NCBI GenBank assembly: GCA_963725865.1
Contig: CAVSAC010000010.1
Span: 576,001-640,000 of the forward strand
Direction: 5' to 3'
DNA length: 64,000 nucleotides
Source of the DNA: Candidatus Eiseniibacteriota bacterium
Lineage (GTDB): Bacteria > Eisenbacteria > RBG-16-71-46
The notes beneath the pieces are model-generated. The model was not told the DNA's origin. It saw nothing but the letters and a program-made list of their open reading frames with translations, and ran no database searches. Positions within the stretch are counted from its first letter, which is position 1; every line of letters starts with the position of its first letter. Made by a program: the position numbers and the translations under genes. This document shows positions 28,586-40,370 of this stretch, one piece after another.

Positions 28586-29980
28586 TCAGGCGTGGATCGC
28601 CCGCCGGGCGACCGCGAGCGCCGCCTCCTTCACCGTTTCGGGCAGCGTGGGGTGGGCGTGGACGGAGCGCGCCACGTCCTCGGCGCTGGCCCCCATCTCC
28701 ATCGCGAACACCAGCTCGGCGATCAGGGTGCTGGCGTGGGGACCGACGATGTGGGCCCCGACGATCCGGTCGGTGGCGGCGTCGGCGAGGATCTTGACCT
28801 GTCCGTCGCGCTCGTTCATCGCGCGGGCCCGGCCATTCGCCAGGAACGGGAACGTTCCGACGTGGACCGCCCGCCCCTGCTCGCGGGCCTGCTCCTCGGT
28901 GAGCCCCACGCCCGCCAGCTCGGGCCACGTGTACACCACGTTCGGGATGCAATCGTACGCGACGTGACCGGCCAGGCCCGCCATGCGCTCGACCGCCGCG
29001 ATGCCCTCCTCCTCCGCCTTGTGCGCGAGCATCGGTCCCGCGATCACGTCGCCGATCGCGAACACGCCGGGCACGTTCGTCTGGTAGTGCGCGTCGACCA
29101 CGATGCGCCCGCGCTCGTCCAACGCGATGCCGAGCTCGCGCGCGCCGAGGCCCTCCGTGTATGGGCGGCGGCCGACCGCGACCAGCAGGACGTCGCAGGT
29201 CTCCTCGCGCGTGCCGTCCCCGGTCGCGACCGTGACGCGCACGGTCGCACCGTCGACGCGCGCCGACTGGGCCGAGGCCTTGAACGTGAACGTGAGCCCC
29301 TGCCGCTCGAGCGCCTTGCGGAGGATCTCGGCGCTCTGCTGATCGGTGCCCGGGACGATGCGATCGAGGAACTCGATCACATGCACCTCGGCACCCAATC
29401 GCCGCCACACCGAGCCCAGCTCGAGTCCGATCGCGCCGGCGCCCACGACGATCAGCCGCTTCGGCACCTCGGGCAGCGTGAGCGCGTCGGTCGAGTGCAC
29501 GATGCGGCGGCCGTCGAACGCGATGCCGGGCAGCGCCGCGGGCTTGCTGCCGGTGGCGATCAGGATGCGCTTCGCCTCCAGTACGCGCGCTCCGTCCGCG
29601 CTCGCGACCTCGATCGCGCCCGCGCTGGTCAGGCGTGCCGCTCCGATCACCCGCGTGACCTTGTTCTTCTTGAACAGCCCGTCGATCCCCTGCACCAGGC
29701 TCCGCACCACCGTGTCCTTGCGCTTGAGCATGGTCGCGAGGTCGAGCGCCACCGTGGCCTTCACGCCGTGCGCCGCCAGGTGGTCGCGCGCGTACGCGAA
29801 GTGCTCGCTCGAATCGAGCAGCGCCTTGCTCGGGATGCAGCCCACGTTCAGGCAGGTGCCGCCGAGCGTCGGGTACTTCTCGATGCAGGCGACCCGCATG
29901 CCGAGCTGCGCCGCGCGGATGGCAGCCACGTAGCCGCCGGGCCCGGAGCCGATGACGATCAGGTCGAAGGACTCGCTCAT
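28586..29980 (-). CDS. lpdA: Dihydrolipoyl dehydrogenase (E3)
   Basis: IGSGPGGYVAAIRAAQLG, GGTCLNVGCIPSK, HAHPTLPE. Confidence 0.97.
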   Translation of the reverse strand: MSESFDLIVIGSGPGGYVAAIRAAQLGMRVACIEKYPTLGGTCLNVGCIPSKALLDSSEHFAYARDHLAAHGVKATVALDLATMLKRKDTVVRSLVQGIDGLFKKNKVTRVIGAARLTSAGAIEVASADGARVLEAKRILIATGSKPAALPGIAFDGRRIVHSTDALTLPEVPKRLIVVGAGAIGLELGSVWRRLGAEVHVIEFLDRIVPGTDQQSAEILRKALERQGLTFTFKASAQSARVDGATVRVTVATGDGTREETCDVLLVAVGRRPYTEGLGARELGIALDERGRIVVDAHYQTNVPGVFAIGDVIAGPMLAHKAEEEGIAAVERMAGLAGHVAYDCIPNVVYTWPELAGVGLTEEQAREQGRAVHVGTFPFLANGRARAMNERDGQVKILADAATDRIVGAHIVGPHASTLIAELVFAMEMGASAEDVARSVHAHPTLPETVKEAALAVARRAIHA

Positions 29981-30023
29981 GGCAGGCGCGGCCTCCGCGC
30001 CGCGCGGGGTGGAACGCGGGCAC

Positions 30024-31326
30024 TCACAGGTCCAGCAGCATGCGCTCGGGGTCCTCGAGGCGTTCCTTGACCCTCACCAGGAACGTGACCGACTGCTCGC
30101 CGTCGACGATGCGGTGGTCGTACGAGAGCGCCACGTACATCATCGGGCGGATCACCACCTGGTCGCCTACCGCGATCGGGCGCTTCTCGATCTTGTGCAT
30201 GCCGAGGATGCCGCTCTGCGGCGGATTGAGGATCGGGGTCGACAGCAGGCTGCCGTACACGCCGCCGTTCGAGATCGTGAACGTGCCGCCCATGATCTCG
30301 TCGAGCGCGATCGAGCCGTCGCGCGCCCGCGCGGCCAGCCGTGCGATCTCGCGCTCGATCCCCGCCAGGTCGAGCCGGTCCGCGTGCTTCACCACCGGCA
30401 CCACCAGCCCGCGGTCGGTCCCCACCGCGACGCCCATGTGCACGCTCTGGTGGTAGACGAGATCGGTGCCGCGGATCTCGGCGTTCAGCTCGGGCACGTC
30501 GCGCAGCGCGTGCACGCACGCGCGCGTGAAGAAGCCCATGAAGCCGAGCCGCACGCCATGCTTCTTCTCGAAGCCATCCTTGTAGCGCGCGCGCAGGTCG
30601 AGCACCGCGCTCATGTCGATCTCGTTGAACGTGGTGAGGATCGCCGCCGTCTGCTGCGCCTTCACCAGCTTCTCGGCGATGCGCTGGCGGATGCGGCTCA
30701 TCGGCACCACGCGATCCTCGTCGTCGCCCGCCGCGGCCGGGACCGCCGGCGCGATGCGCGCGGGCGCCGGGGCTGCGGGCGCCGGGGTGGCAGCCGGCGG
30801 GGCCGCGGGCATCGCTGCGGCGCGCAGGGCGTCCTCCTTCAGCACGCGCCCGCCCGGGCCGCTGCCCGCGATGCGCGCGGGATCGAGACCCGCCTCCTCG
30901 GCGATGCGCCGCACCGCCGGGCCGAACGCCGCCGCGGTCGCGCCCGCCGGCGCGGTGGGAGCACTCACAGCGGGCACGCCGCCAGCGACCGGCGCCGGCG
31001 CCGTTCGTGTCGCCGGCGCCGCCGCCTTCGCGGGCTCTGGCGGTGCGGACCGCGCCGCTGGCGCGGGCGGGCCCGCCGCCGGCGGCGCCTCGCCGGGCTC
31101 GATGCGTGCGAGCACGTCGTCCACCTTCACCGTCTCGCCCACCTGGCGCGCGTGATGCAGCACGCCGACTCTGGTCGGCGGGGATCTCCACCGCGGCCTT
31201 GTCGGTCTCCAGCGTCGCGACCGGCTCGCCCTCGCGCACCGGGGTGCCATCGCCCCGCAGCCACTCGACGAGCACCGCCTCGGAGATCGATTCCGCGAGC
31301 CGCGGGACCCTGAGCTCGACGCTCAT
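30024..31326 (-). CDS. sucB: Dihydrolipoamide succinyltransferase (E2); +1 frameshift near 31169
   Basis: [17 protein letters not shown], lipoyl site [10 protein letters not shown] in one frame; [32 protein letters not shown] in the next; span 1303 = 3n+1. Confidence 0.93.
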
Positions 31327-34112
31327 CGTGCCCCTCCCGGCCGGGCCCCGGCCGGCGTGCCCGACTCGCGCCGCGACGCGCGCGGGCGCGGGGCCGGATC
31401 GCTCTGCGCGAACGCTTTCACGATCAACTCCTTCTCCTGCTCGACATGCATGTGGTAGTAGCCGGTGGCCGGGGTCGACGCCTCGCCGCGCGCGATCACG
31501 CGCAGCGCGCCGCCCTCCGGCAGCACGCCCTCGAGCCGATGGCGCAGGTGCCGCCACGCGCCCATGTTGATCGGTTCCTCCTGCACCCAGCGCACGTCCA
31601 GCGCGCGGTCGTAGCGACGGAACAGCGTCACCAGCTCCTGGGTCGGGAACGGATAGAGCTGCTCGACGCGCACGATCGCGACGTCGGGCCGCGGTCGCGC
31701 GGCGCGCTCCTCGAGCAGCGCGTACGAGAAGCGCCCCGAGGTGAGCAGCACGCTGCGCACCGCGCCCGGCTCGGCCTGCGCGTCGTCGAGCACCGCGTGG
31801 AAGCCGCCGCCGCTCAGCTCCGCGGCCGGCGAGATCGCGAGCTTGTGCCGCAGCAGGCTCTTGGGACTCATGATGACGAGCGGCTTGCGGAAGCGCCGCC
31901 GCAGCTGGCGCCGCAGCACGTGGAACAGCTGCGCGGGCGTGGTGAGGTTGCACACCTGCATGTTGCCCTGCGCGCACAGCTCGAGGAAGCGCTCCAGGCG
32001 CCCGCTCGAGTGCTCGGGCCCCTGCCCCTCGTAGCCGTGCGGCAGCAGCAGCGTGAGGCCGCTCATGCGGCGCCACTTCGACTCGGCGCTGGCGAGGAAC
32101 TGGTCGATGTACACCTGCGCCACGTTGGCGAAGTCGCCGAACTGCGCCTCCCAGATCGTGAGCGTGTGCGGGTCGGCGGTGCTGTAGCCGTACTCGAACC
32201 CGAGCACGGCCGCCTCGCTCAGCATCGTGTCGACGATATCGAAGCGGCCCTGGTCGGCCGCGAGCTGCTGCAGCGGCACGTGGCGGGCGCCGTCCTCGGT
32301 GTCGTGCCACACCGCGTGCCGATGGCTGAACGTGCCGCGCCCGGCGTCCTGCCCGGTGAGCCGCACGTTGCGACCCTCGATCAGCAGCGAGCCGAGCGCC
32401 AGCGCCTCGGCACAGCCCCAGTCGATGCGGTCCTCGCCCACCATGCGCACCCGATCCTGGTAGAGCTTCGCGACCTTGGCGTGCGGATGGAAGCCCTCGG
32501 GCACCCGCGCCGAGCGCTCGGCGATCGCGACCAGCGTCTCGCGCGCGACCGCGGTCTGCGCGCTCCAGTCCTCGCCGGCCCAGTCGAGCCCGTTCCAGGC
32601 GCCGCCGAGCGGCACCTCGAGGTGGGGCTTGGACTCGGTGCGCGTGCGGCGGTGGGCGCCCTGCAGCGTGTCGGCGATCTCCTGCTCGAGCGCGGCGAGC
32701 GCGGGCTCGGCGAGCACCCCATCGCGCACCAGGCGTTCCGCGTACTGCCGCGCGGCCGGCACGTGGCGGGCGATCTGCCGGTACATCACCGGCTGCGTGA
32801 ACGTGGGATCGTCCATCTCGTTGTGCCCGTGCTTGCGGTAGCACACCAGGTGGACGAACACGTCCTTCTTGAACCGGGCGCGGTACTCGAGCGCGATCGC
32901 GACCGCGTGCACCGCGGCCTCGGGGTCGTCGCCGTTGACGTGCAGCACCGGGGCCTCGATGACCCGCGCGATGTCGGTGGGATAGCGCCCCACCCTCACG
33001 TCCGCGGGCGAGGTGGTGAAGCCGACCTGGTTGTCCACCACCAGGTGCACGGCGCCGCCGGTCTGGTACGCGGGCAGCTGCGCCAGCGCGAGCGATTCGG
33101 GCACGATGCCCTCGCCCGCCAGTGCCGCGTCGCCGTGGATCAGCACCGGGATGCCGCGGTCGCCCGCGAGGTCGCGCATGTACACCTGGCGCGCGCGCAC
33201 CGATCCCAGCACCACCGGATTCACGAACTCCAGGTGGCTGGGATTGAAGTTCAGGTCCAGGTGCACGCTGCGCCCCGCGCGCGAGCGGTGCAGCGAGGAG
33301 TACCCCATGTGGTACTTCACGTCGCCGTGGCCCTGGATCTCCTCGGGCAGGTAGGTGGACTCGAACTCGCTGAAGATCAGCTCGAGCGGCTTGTGCAGCA
33401 CGTTCGCCAGCACGTTGAGGCGCCCGCGGTGCGGCATGCCCAGCACCACCTGCTCGACGCCCAGCGCCGCCGCGTTCTCGATCAGCGTCTCGAGCATCGG
33501 GATCAGCGTGGCGCCGCCCTCGAGCGAGAAGCGCTTCTGCCCCACGTAGCGGGTGTGCAGGAACTGCTCGAACGCGTCCGCGGTGAGCAGCCCGCGCAGG
33601 ATGCGCACGCGATCCTCGGCGCCCAGCGTGGGCCGCGCGCGCGTGGTCTCCATGCGCTCCTGCAGCCACTCGCGCCGGGTCTTGTCGGGGATGTCCATGT
33701 ACTCGACCGCGAGCGCGCCGCAGTAGGTGGCGCGCAGGGCGTCGATCAACTCGCGCAGCGTGCCCTGGAACGCGCCGCGGAACGGCTCGGGGTCCACCGG
33801 CCGGTCGAGGTCGGCCTCGCCGAGCCCGAAGCTCGCCAGCTCGAGCAGCGGATGCTCGCGCGGGCCCTCGCCCAGCGGGTCGAGCTGCGCCACCAGGTGG
33901 CCGAACTCGCGGTACGCCACCACCAGGCCGAACACCCCGCCGGCGGGACCGCCCTCGCGGGACGCCCAACCGGGCTCCTGGGCGAGGTCGAAGCCGGCGA
34001 AGAACAGCGCCCAGTCCTCGGGTACCGACGCGGGGTCGTGACGAAACCGCCGGTATTGTTCCTCGATGAACTCGGCGTTGGCGCGCTGGATGAAGTCGAA
34101 CTTCGGCGGCAT
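31323..34112 (-). CDS. sucA: 2-oxoglutarate dehydrogenase E1
   Basis: [71 protein letters not shown]. Confidence 0.97.
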   Translation of the reverse strand: MPPKFDFIQRANAEFIEEQYRRFRHDPASVPEDWALFFAGFDLAQEPGWASREGGPAGGVFGLVVAYREFGHLVAQLDPLGEGPREHPLLELASFGLGEADLDRPVDPEPFRGAFQGTLRELIDALRATYCGALAVEYMDIPDKTRREWLQERMETTRARPTLGAEDRVRILRGLLTADAFEQFLHTRYVGQKRFSLEGGATLIPMLETLIENAAALGVEQVVLGMPHRGRLNVLANVLHKPLELIFSEFESTYLPEEIQGHGDVKYHMGYSSLHRSRAGRSVHLDLNFNPSHLEFVNPVVLGSVRARQVYMRDLAGDRGIPVLIHGDAALAGEGIVPESLALAQLPAYQTGGAVHLVVDNQVGFTTSPADVRVGRYPTDIARVIEAPVLHVNGDDPEAAVHAVAIALEYRARFKKDVFVHLVCYRKHGHNEMDDPTFTQPVMYRQIARHVPAARQYAERLVRDGVLAEPALAALEQEIADTLQGAHRRTRTESKPHLEVPLGGAWNGLDWAGEDWSAQTAVARETLVAIAERSARVPEGFHPHAKVAKLYQDRVRMVGEDRIDWGCAEALALGSLLIEGRNVRLTGQDAGRGTFSHRHAVWHDTEDGARHVPLQQLAADQGRFDIVDTMLSEAAVLGFEYGYSTADPHTLTIWEAQFGDFANVAQVYIDQFLASAESKWRRMSGLTLLLPHGYEGQGPEHSSGRLERFLELCAQGNMQVCNLTTPAQLFHVLRRQLRRRFRKPLVIMSPKSLLRHKLAISPAAELSGGGFHAVLDDAQAEPGAVRSVLLTSGRFSYALLEERAARPRPDVAIVRVEQLYPFPTQELVTLFRRYDRALDVRWVQEEPINMGAWRHLRHRLEGVLPEGGALRVIARGEASTPATGYYHMHVEQEKELIVKAFAQSDPAPRPRASRRESGTPAGARPGGAR

Positions 34113-34296
34113 CCGGTCCTCGCGGGCGTACGAAATCCCCGCCGGACTGCCCTGCCCGGCGGGTGGCGCGGCCTTGTCGATGAGGCGGCGCAGATTAGCA
34201 CGAACGCACTCGGACTGCCGACCGTCCCGCTCGCCTGCCGGCGCCGACTCCGGCGGGTTGTGGCCGGACTCGCCGCCCCCTATCTTCGGCCGAACC

Positions 34297-35246
<950 letters not shown>

Positions 35247-35254
<8 letters not shown>

Positions 35255-36317
35255 GGCCCGCGACCGGTGGCGCGCCCGCCTCGAGCGCAGCGCCCTCGCG
35301 CAGCTCACCTGGGCGCGCGTGCTCGGGTTCCTGCGCGAGCCCGAGGCGGTGTTCTGGGTGTTCGCGTTCCCGATCATCATGACGCTGGCGCTCGGGATCG
35401 CGTTCCGCCAGCAGGGACCGCAGCGCACCCGCGTGGGCGTCGAGCAGGGCCCGGGGGCGGCCGCCACCGTGCAGGCGCTCGCCACCTCGCCCGACCTGGA
35501 GGTGATCACGCTCACGCGGGCGGAGGCCGAGCGCGCGCTGCGTCGCGGCCGCATCGCGGTGCTGGTGCGGCCCGCGACGGCGCGGGCGCCGGTGCTGGTG
35601 TACGACCCGCAGCGTCCCGAGACGCGGCTCGCCTACCGCGCGGCGCTCGACGCGCTCGAGCGCGCCGCCGGGCGCGTCGACCTCCTGCGCCCGCGCGAGG
35701 ACGCGCGCCCGCGGCCGGGCTCGCGCTACATCGACTTCCTGGTGCCTGGGCTGCTCGGTCTCAACCTGCTCGGCACCGGCATGTGGGGGGTCGGCTTCCC
35801 GATCGCCACCGCGCGCCAGCAGCACCTGCTCAAGCGCATGATCGCGACCCCCATGCGCCGCAGCGACTACCTGCTCTCGATGATGATCGGGCGCATGGTG
35901 TGGCTGGTGCTCGAGGTGGTCGCCGTGCTCGGCTTCGGCATCCTCGCGTTCGGCGTCGCGGTGCGCGGCTCGTGGACGGCGTTCGCGCTCATCTGCCTGG
36001 TCGGCGCGCTGGTGTTCTCGGCGCTCGGACTGCTGGTGGCGTGCCGCGCGCGCACGGTCGAGGCGGTCTCGGGCCTGATGAACGTGGTGATGCTGCCGAT
36101 GTGGATGCTCTCGGGATCGTTCTTCTCCTCGGAGCGCTTTCCGGCCGCGATGCAGCCGTACGTCAAGGCGCTGCCGCTCACGCTGGTCAACGACGCGCTG
36201 CGGCTGATCGCCAACGAGGGCGCCTCGCTGGTCGCCATCCTCCCCCAGCTGGCCGCGCTGGTGGCGTGGGGACTGGTCTCGTTCGCGCTCGCGGTGCGCT
36301 TGTTCCGCTGGGACTGA
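35247..36317 (+). CDS. ABC-2 exporter permease
   Basis: [32 protein letters not shown], ends LFRWD; overlaps the ATPase gene. Confidence 0.9.
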
Positions 36318-36390
36318 GCGGCGGCGGTCGAACGAGTCGGGCGCGGAGCCGCAGCCCCGCGCCCGCGTGCCGATTCGCCGCAACCGGACG

Positions 36391-36792
36391 TCAGACCACG
36401 CTGCCGCAGTGCTTGCACTTCCGCGCCGCCTGGGGGATCGACTCCAGGCACTCGGGGCAGGTCTTGCTCGGCGCCGCCGGGGCCGCGGGCTCGGGTTTCA
36501 TGAACGACTTGGTGATCAAGAACACGCACGCCGCGATGATCACGAAGTCCACCAACGCGCCGATGAACGCGCCGTAGGTGATCGAGTTCAAGGCGCCGCC
36601 GTCGGGCTTGCGGCTCAGCACGATCGCCAGCTCGCGCCACGCGCCGCCGGGGATGGCGACGCCGATGATCGGCATGAGGATGTCCGACACCAGCGACGAG
36701 ACGACCTTGCCGACCGCGCCACCGATGATCACGCCGACGGCCAGCGCGAGCGCGTTCGTCTTCAGCAGGAACTCCTTGAACTCCTTCAGCAT
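36391..36792 (-). CDS. mscL: Large-conductance mechanosensitive channel with C-terminal Cys4 ribbon
   Basis: MLKEFKEF..ALAVGVIIGGA..SSLVSDILMP; YGAFI; CPEC..CKHC; RBS AGGAGG. Confidence 0.93.
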   Translation of the reverse strand: MLKEFKEFLLKTNALALAVGVIIGGAVGKVVSSLVSDILMPIIGVAIPGGAWRELAIVLSRKPDGGALNSITYGAFIGALVDFVIIAACVFLITKSFMKPEPAAPAAPSKTCPECLESIPQAARKCKHCGSVV

Positions 36793-37028
36793 CGTTGCCT
36801 CCTGAGGGTGCGACCAGGGCCCGCGGGGCCAACCGTGCCCGGAGGATCCCGGCTCGCGCGAGGCGGGGAATGGTCGCCCGCCACGACCGGGGGATACCGA
36901 CGCACCTTAGCCGCTTCGCCAGGCCGCGCCCAACCGGAAGACGCCGAGGCAGCTCGCGTGACATCCCAGGTGCGGCGCCCAAACGCGTGACCGGACGAGG
37001 GCTGGCCTCCAGCTCCTCCCCACGACGA

Positions 37029-37053
37029 AGGACGGGCCACGAGAGCCCGTCCT
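37029..37053 (-). terminator. Possible terminator hairpin downstream of osmC
   Basis: 9-bp stem AGGACGGGC-cacgaga-GCCCGTCCT. Confidence 0.4.
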
Positions 37054-37084
37054 CCGGTGAGTCGTGCGCGATGCGAGCGTCGGG

Positions 37085-37513
37085 TCAGCTCTGAAGCGTC
37101 GCCTCCAGCGTGATCCTGGCGTTCAGCAGCTTCGAGATCGGGCAGCCCGCCTTGGCGCCCGCTGCCGCCTCGTCGAACTTCGCCTTGTCGGCGCCCGGAA
37201 TGCGCGCCACCAAGGTGAGCGCGCTGGAGGTGACGGAGAAGCCGCCGTCGGTCTTCTCGAGCGTCACGGTGGCCGTGACGTTCAGGCTCTCCGCGGTCAT
37301 GCCACGCTCGCCCAGTTGGCCGGACAGCGCCATCGCGAAACAACCGGCGTGAGCGGCCGCGATCAGCTCCTCCGGGTTGGTGGCGGGTCCGTCCTCGAAG
37401 CGATCGCGGAACGAGTACGGCGTGTCCTTCAACACGCCGCTCGTGGCGGTGAGGGTGCCCTTGCCGTCGCGAAGTCCGCCGTTCCAGACTGCCGTCGCCT
37501 TGCGCTTGATCAT
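37085..37513 (-). CDS. osmC: OsmC peroxiredoxin
   Basis: TNPEELIAAAHAGCF, AKAGCPISK. Confidence 0.95.
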   Translation of the reverse strand: MIKRKATAVWNGGLRDGKGTLTATSGVLKDTPYSFRDRFEDGPATNPEELIAAAHAGCFAMALSGQLGERGMTAESLNVTATVTLEKTDGGFSVTSSALTLVARIPGADKAKFDEAAAGAKAGCPISKLLNARITLEATLQS

Positions 37514-37559
37514 GGACGCCTCCCTGTCGTTCGAATCGATGACGGCCGGTTTCCGGGGA

Positions 37560-38129
37560 CTACGATGCGCGGTAGTACGGGTTGCTGCCGCCGGCGTGGT
37601 CGGTGGTGTCGAGGATCTCGCGGATCGCCGGCACCGCCTCGCGGATGCGGACCGTCACGCCCTGCTTGAGCGTCGTGTCCACCATGCCGCAGCCCTGGCA
37701 GCCGCCGCCGAACTGGATGAACGCCACACCGTCCTTGACGTCGAGCAGCGTGACGTAGCCGCCGTGGCCGCCCACCGCGGGGTTGATCTCCTCGTCGATC
37801 ACCTTCTGCACCGCCTGCGCGGTGGTGTCGCGCCAGACCGGGTTCGGGTTGTCGATGCGGAAGCCGCTCTGCACCGGCGTCTCGACGAACTCGATCGTGG
37901 TGCCCCGGATGTCGGGACCACTCGCCGCGTCGATGAAGACCTGGAATGGGCCGGCCTCGATCACGGTGTCGTCGGCCGCGCGCTCGGCGGGGTCCACGAA
38001 GCCCAGCCGGTACTCGAAGCCGCCGCGCCCGCGGCCGGTGATGCCGATGCGCAGCGCCTGTCCGGGCTTGCCTTCGCTCTGCAGGAGCTCGGCGATCTTC
38101 TGGGTCGCCAGCTCGGTGATGGTGATCAT
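37560..38129 (-). CDS. nfuA: Fe-S cluster carrier NfuA (degenerate A-type domain plus NFU domain)
   Basis: MITITELA..GFRIDNPN; INPAVGGHGG, GGGCQGCGM, DTTDHAGGSNPYY. Confidence 0.9.
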   Translation of the reverse strand: MITITELATQKIAELLQSEGKPGQALRIGITGRGRGGFEYRLGFVDPAERAADDTVIEAGPFQVFIDAASGPDIRGTTIEFVETPVQSGFRIDNPNPVWRDTTAQAVQKVIDEEINPAVGGHGGYVTLLDVKDGVAFIQFGGGCQGCGMVDTTLKQGVTVRIREAVPAIREILDTTDHAGGSNPYYRAS

Positions 38130-38388
38130 GGGTGGGGTCTCCGGAGTCGGGGTGCGTGGGGCGGGGCCGCGCCACGCACGAGTTGGATGCGCACAGTAGC
38201 CGCCGGTCGCATGCGATGCCAAGGGGCCGCCGAACGCCCCCCGGAGCCGCGCTGGTGCCGCGTCTGGCAACGGCCGACACCCCCGGGGTTGAAGGAAGCC
38301 GGCGAGAGAGGCACCATGCGGCCCGTTCCGGTCCCTCGCACCCCGGCGCCACCCTGGAGCCAGGGGAACTCCACGGAAGGAGTCCGAC

Positions 38389-40257
38389 GTGTCCGAGCAG
38401 CCCGACCTCAGGACGCCGGAGCAGATCGAGCGCGACTGGTACGAGCACGTCTACCGCGGCCGTGGCGACTCGATGCGCCAGCTCACGCCGCGGGCGATCG
38501 TGATGGGCGCGCTGCTCGGCTGCGTGATGTCCCTGACCAACATCTATATCGGGCTCAAGACCGGCTGGGCGCTCGGCGTCGGCATCACCGCCTGCATTCT
38601 CTCCTACGCGATCTGGCGCTCGCTGCGCAGCGTGCTGCCGTTCCTGCTGCGCAGCGACTTCACGATCCTCGAGAACAACTGCATGCAGTCGACCGCCACG
38701 GCGGCCGGCTACTCGGTCGGCGGCACGATGGTCACCGCGATCGCCGCGATGCTCATGGTCACCAACCGCCAGATGGACTTCTGGGTGCTGCTGGGCTGGA
38801 ACATCCTGCTCGCGATCCTCGGCGTGGTGATGGCGGTGCCGCTGAAGCGCCAGATGGTGAACGTCGAGCAGCTCCCGTTCCCCGACGGCACCGCCGCCGC
38901 CGAGACGCTGCGCAGCCTGCACGCCACCGGCACCGACGCGCTGCGCAAGGCGCGCGCGCTCGCCACCTCCGGCGTGATCGGCGCGACCATCGCGTGGCTG
39001 CGCGACGCCACCTTCAAATTCATGCCCTGGAACCTGCCGGCCGACCTGCCGTTCGGGCGCCTCACCTCGGGCGGCATCCCGCTCGCGCAGCTGACGCTCA
39101 AGTGGGACATGGGGCTGGTGCTGATGGCGGCCGGCGCGATCGCCGGCTTCCGCGTGGGTTGGAGCATGCTGCTCGGCGCGGTCATCAACTACGCGGTGCT
39201 GGCGCCGCTCATGATCCACCGCGGCGACATCACCGCCAGCGTGGTGGGCATGCCGATCGGCTTCCGCGAGATCACCCGCTGGTCGCTGTGGATCGGCGCC
39301 TCGATGATGGTGGTCTCGAGCTTCGTGGCGCTCGCATTCCACGGGCGCACCATCGGCCGCGCGTTCGCCGGGCTCCGTGGCATGTTCGGCCGCCGGGCGG
39401 CCGCCACCGACGATCCGCTCGTGGCGATCGAGGTGCCAGCCTCGTGGGTGATGATCGGGTTCGTGACCGCCGGCGCCGGCGTGGTGTGGATGCTGCACAG
39501 CCTCTGGCACGTGCACTGGTACATGGGCGTGCTCGCGGTGCTGCTCACGTGGGTGCTGAGCGTGGTCGCCTGCCGCGCCACCGGCGAGACCAACACCACC
39601 CCCACCGGGGCGCTCGGCAAGGTGACGCAGCTCACCTACGGCGTGCTGTCGCCGTCCAGCATGGTCACCAACCTGATGACGGCGTCGGTCACCGCGAACT
39701 CCGCCGGCTGCGCGGCCGACCTGCTGACCGATCTCAAGAGCGGCTACCTGCTGGGCGCCAACCCGCGCCAGCAGTTCATCGCGCAGGTCGCCGGGATCAT
39801 CCCGGGCGCGATCGTGGTCGGGCTGGCGTGGAACATCCTGGTGCCGAACGCCGCGGCGCTCGGCGGCGACCGCTTCCCCGCGCCGGCCGCCCAGGTTTGG
39901 AAGGGCGTCGCCGAGCTGATGTCGCACGGGCTCGGCGAGCTGCCGGTCAGCGCGCGGTGGGGCGCGTTCGCGGGCGCCCTCGTCGGGCTGGTGCTGCCGA
40001 TCCTCGAGCGCGTGTTCCCGCGCGCCAAGGCGTACATCCCGTCCGCGACCGGGCTGGGGCTGGCGTTCGTGATGCAGGGCTTCAACGCGATCTCGATGTT
40101 CACCGGCGCGCTGATCGCCCTGCTGCTCCAGCGCGGCCGGCCGAAGACGGCCGACACGTACGTGATCCCGGTCGCCTCCGGCCTGATCGCCGGCGAGAGT
40201 CTGATGGCGATCGTCATCATCGTGCTGCAGAACCTGCGGCCGGAGTGGGTGAAGTAG
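38389..40257 (+). CDS. OPT family oligopeptide transporter
   Basis: QLTPRAI, NIYIGLKTGW, ILENN..QS, LPFPDGTA, DLKSGYLLGANPR, ASGLIAGESL. Confidence 0.92.
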   Translation: MSEQPDLRTPEQIERDWYEHVYRGRGDSMRQLTPRAIVMGALLGCVMSLTNIYIGLKTGWALGVGITACILSYAIWRSLRSVLPFLLRSDFTILENNCMQSTATAAGYSVGGTMVTAIAAMLMVTNRQMDFWVLLGWNILLAILGVVMAVPLKRQMVNVEQLPFPDGTAAAETLRSLHATGTDALRKARALATSGVIGATIAWLRDATFKFMPWNLPADLPFGRLTSGGIPLAQLTLKWDMGLVLMAAGAIAGFRVGWSMLLGAVINYAVLAPLMIHRGDITASVVGMPIGFREITRWSLWIGASMMVVSSFVALAFHGRTIGRAFAGLRGMFGRRAAATDDPLVAIEVPASWVMIGFVTAGAGVVWMLHSLWHVHWYMGVLAVLLTWVLSVVACRATGETNTTPTGALGKVTQLTYGVLSPSSMVTNLMTASVTANSAGCAADLLTDLKSGYLLGANPRQQFIAQVAGIIPGAIVVGLAWNILVPNAAALGGDRFPAPAAQVWKGVAELMSHGLGELPVSARWGAFAGALVGLVLPILERVFPRAKAYIPSATGLGLAFVMQGFNAISMFTGALIALLLQRGRPKTADTYVIPVASGLIAGESLMAIVIIVLQNLRPEWVK

Positions 40258-40370
40258 ACCTCCATCGATCGCCGCGCGATTTCCGCAGCCCGGGGACCCA
40301 GGCGGGTGCTAGCCTTTCGGTGCGCACCGCCCCGCCGCGATCGTCACCCTCCCGCCCGTCGGAGGCCCTC

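Noticed and set aside
31160..31180. Programmed frameshift or pseudogene in sucB
   Set aside because: No slippery heptamer; it matches the +1 pattern seen in five other unrelated genes, so sequencing error is more likely.
29977..33969. 1330-aa minus-strand ORF
   Set aside because: Off-frame shadow of sucA; only about 31170-31326 (the sucB lipoyl domain start) is real.
36391..36470. Cys4 ribbon on MscL as a novelty
   Set aside because: This C-terminal extension is common among bacterial MscL homologues.
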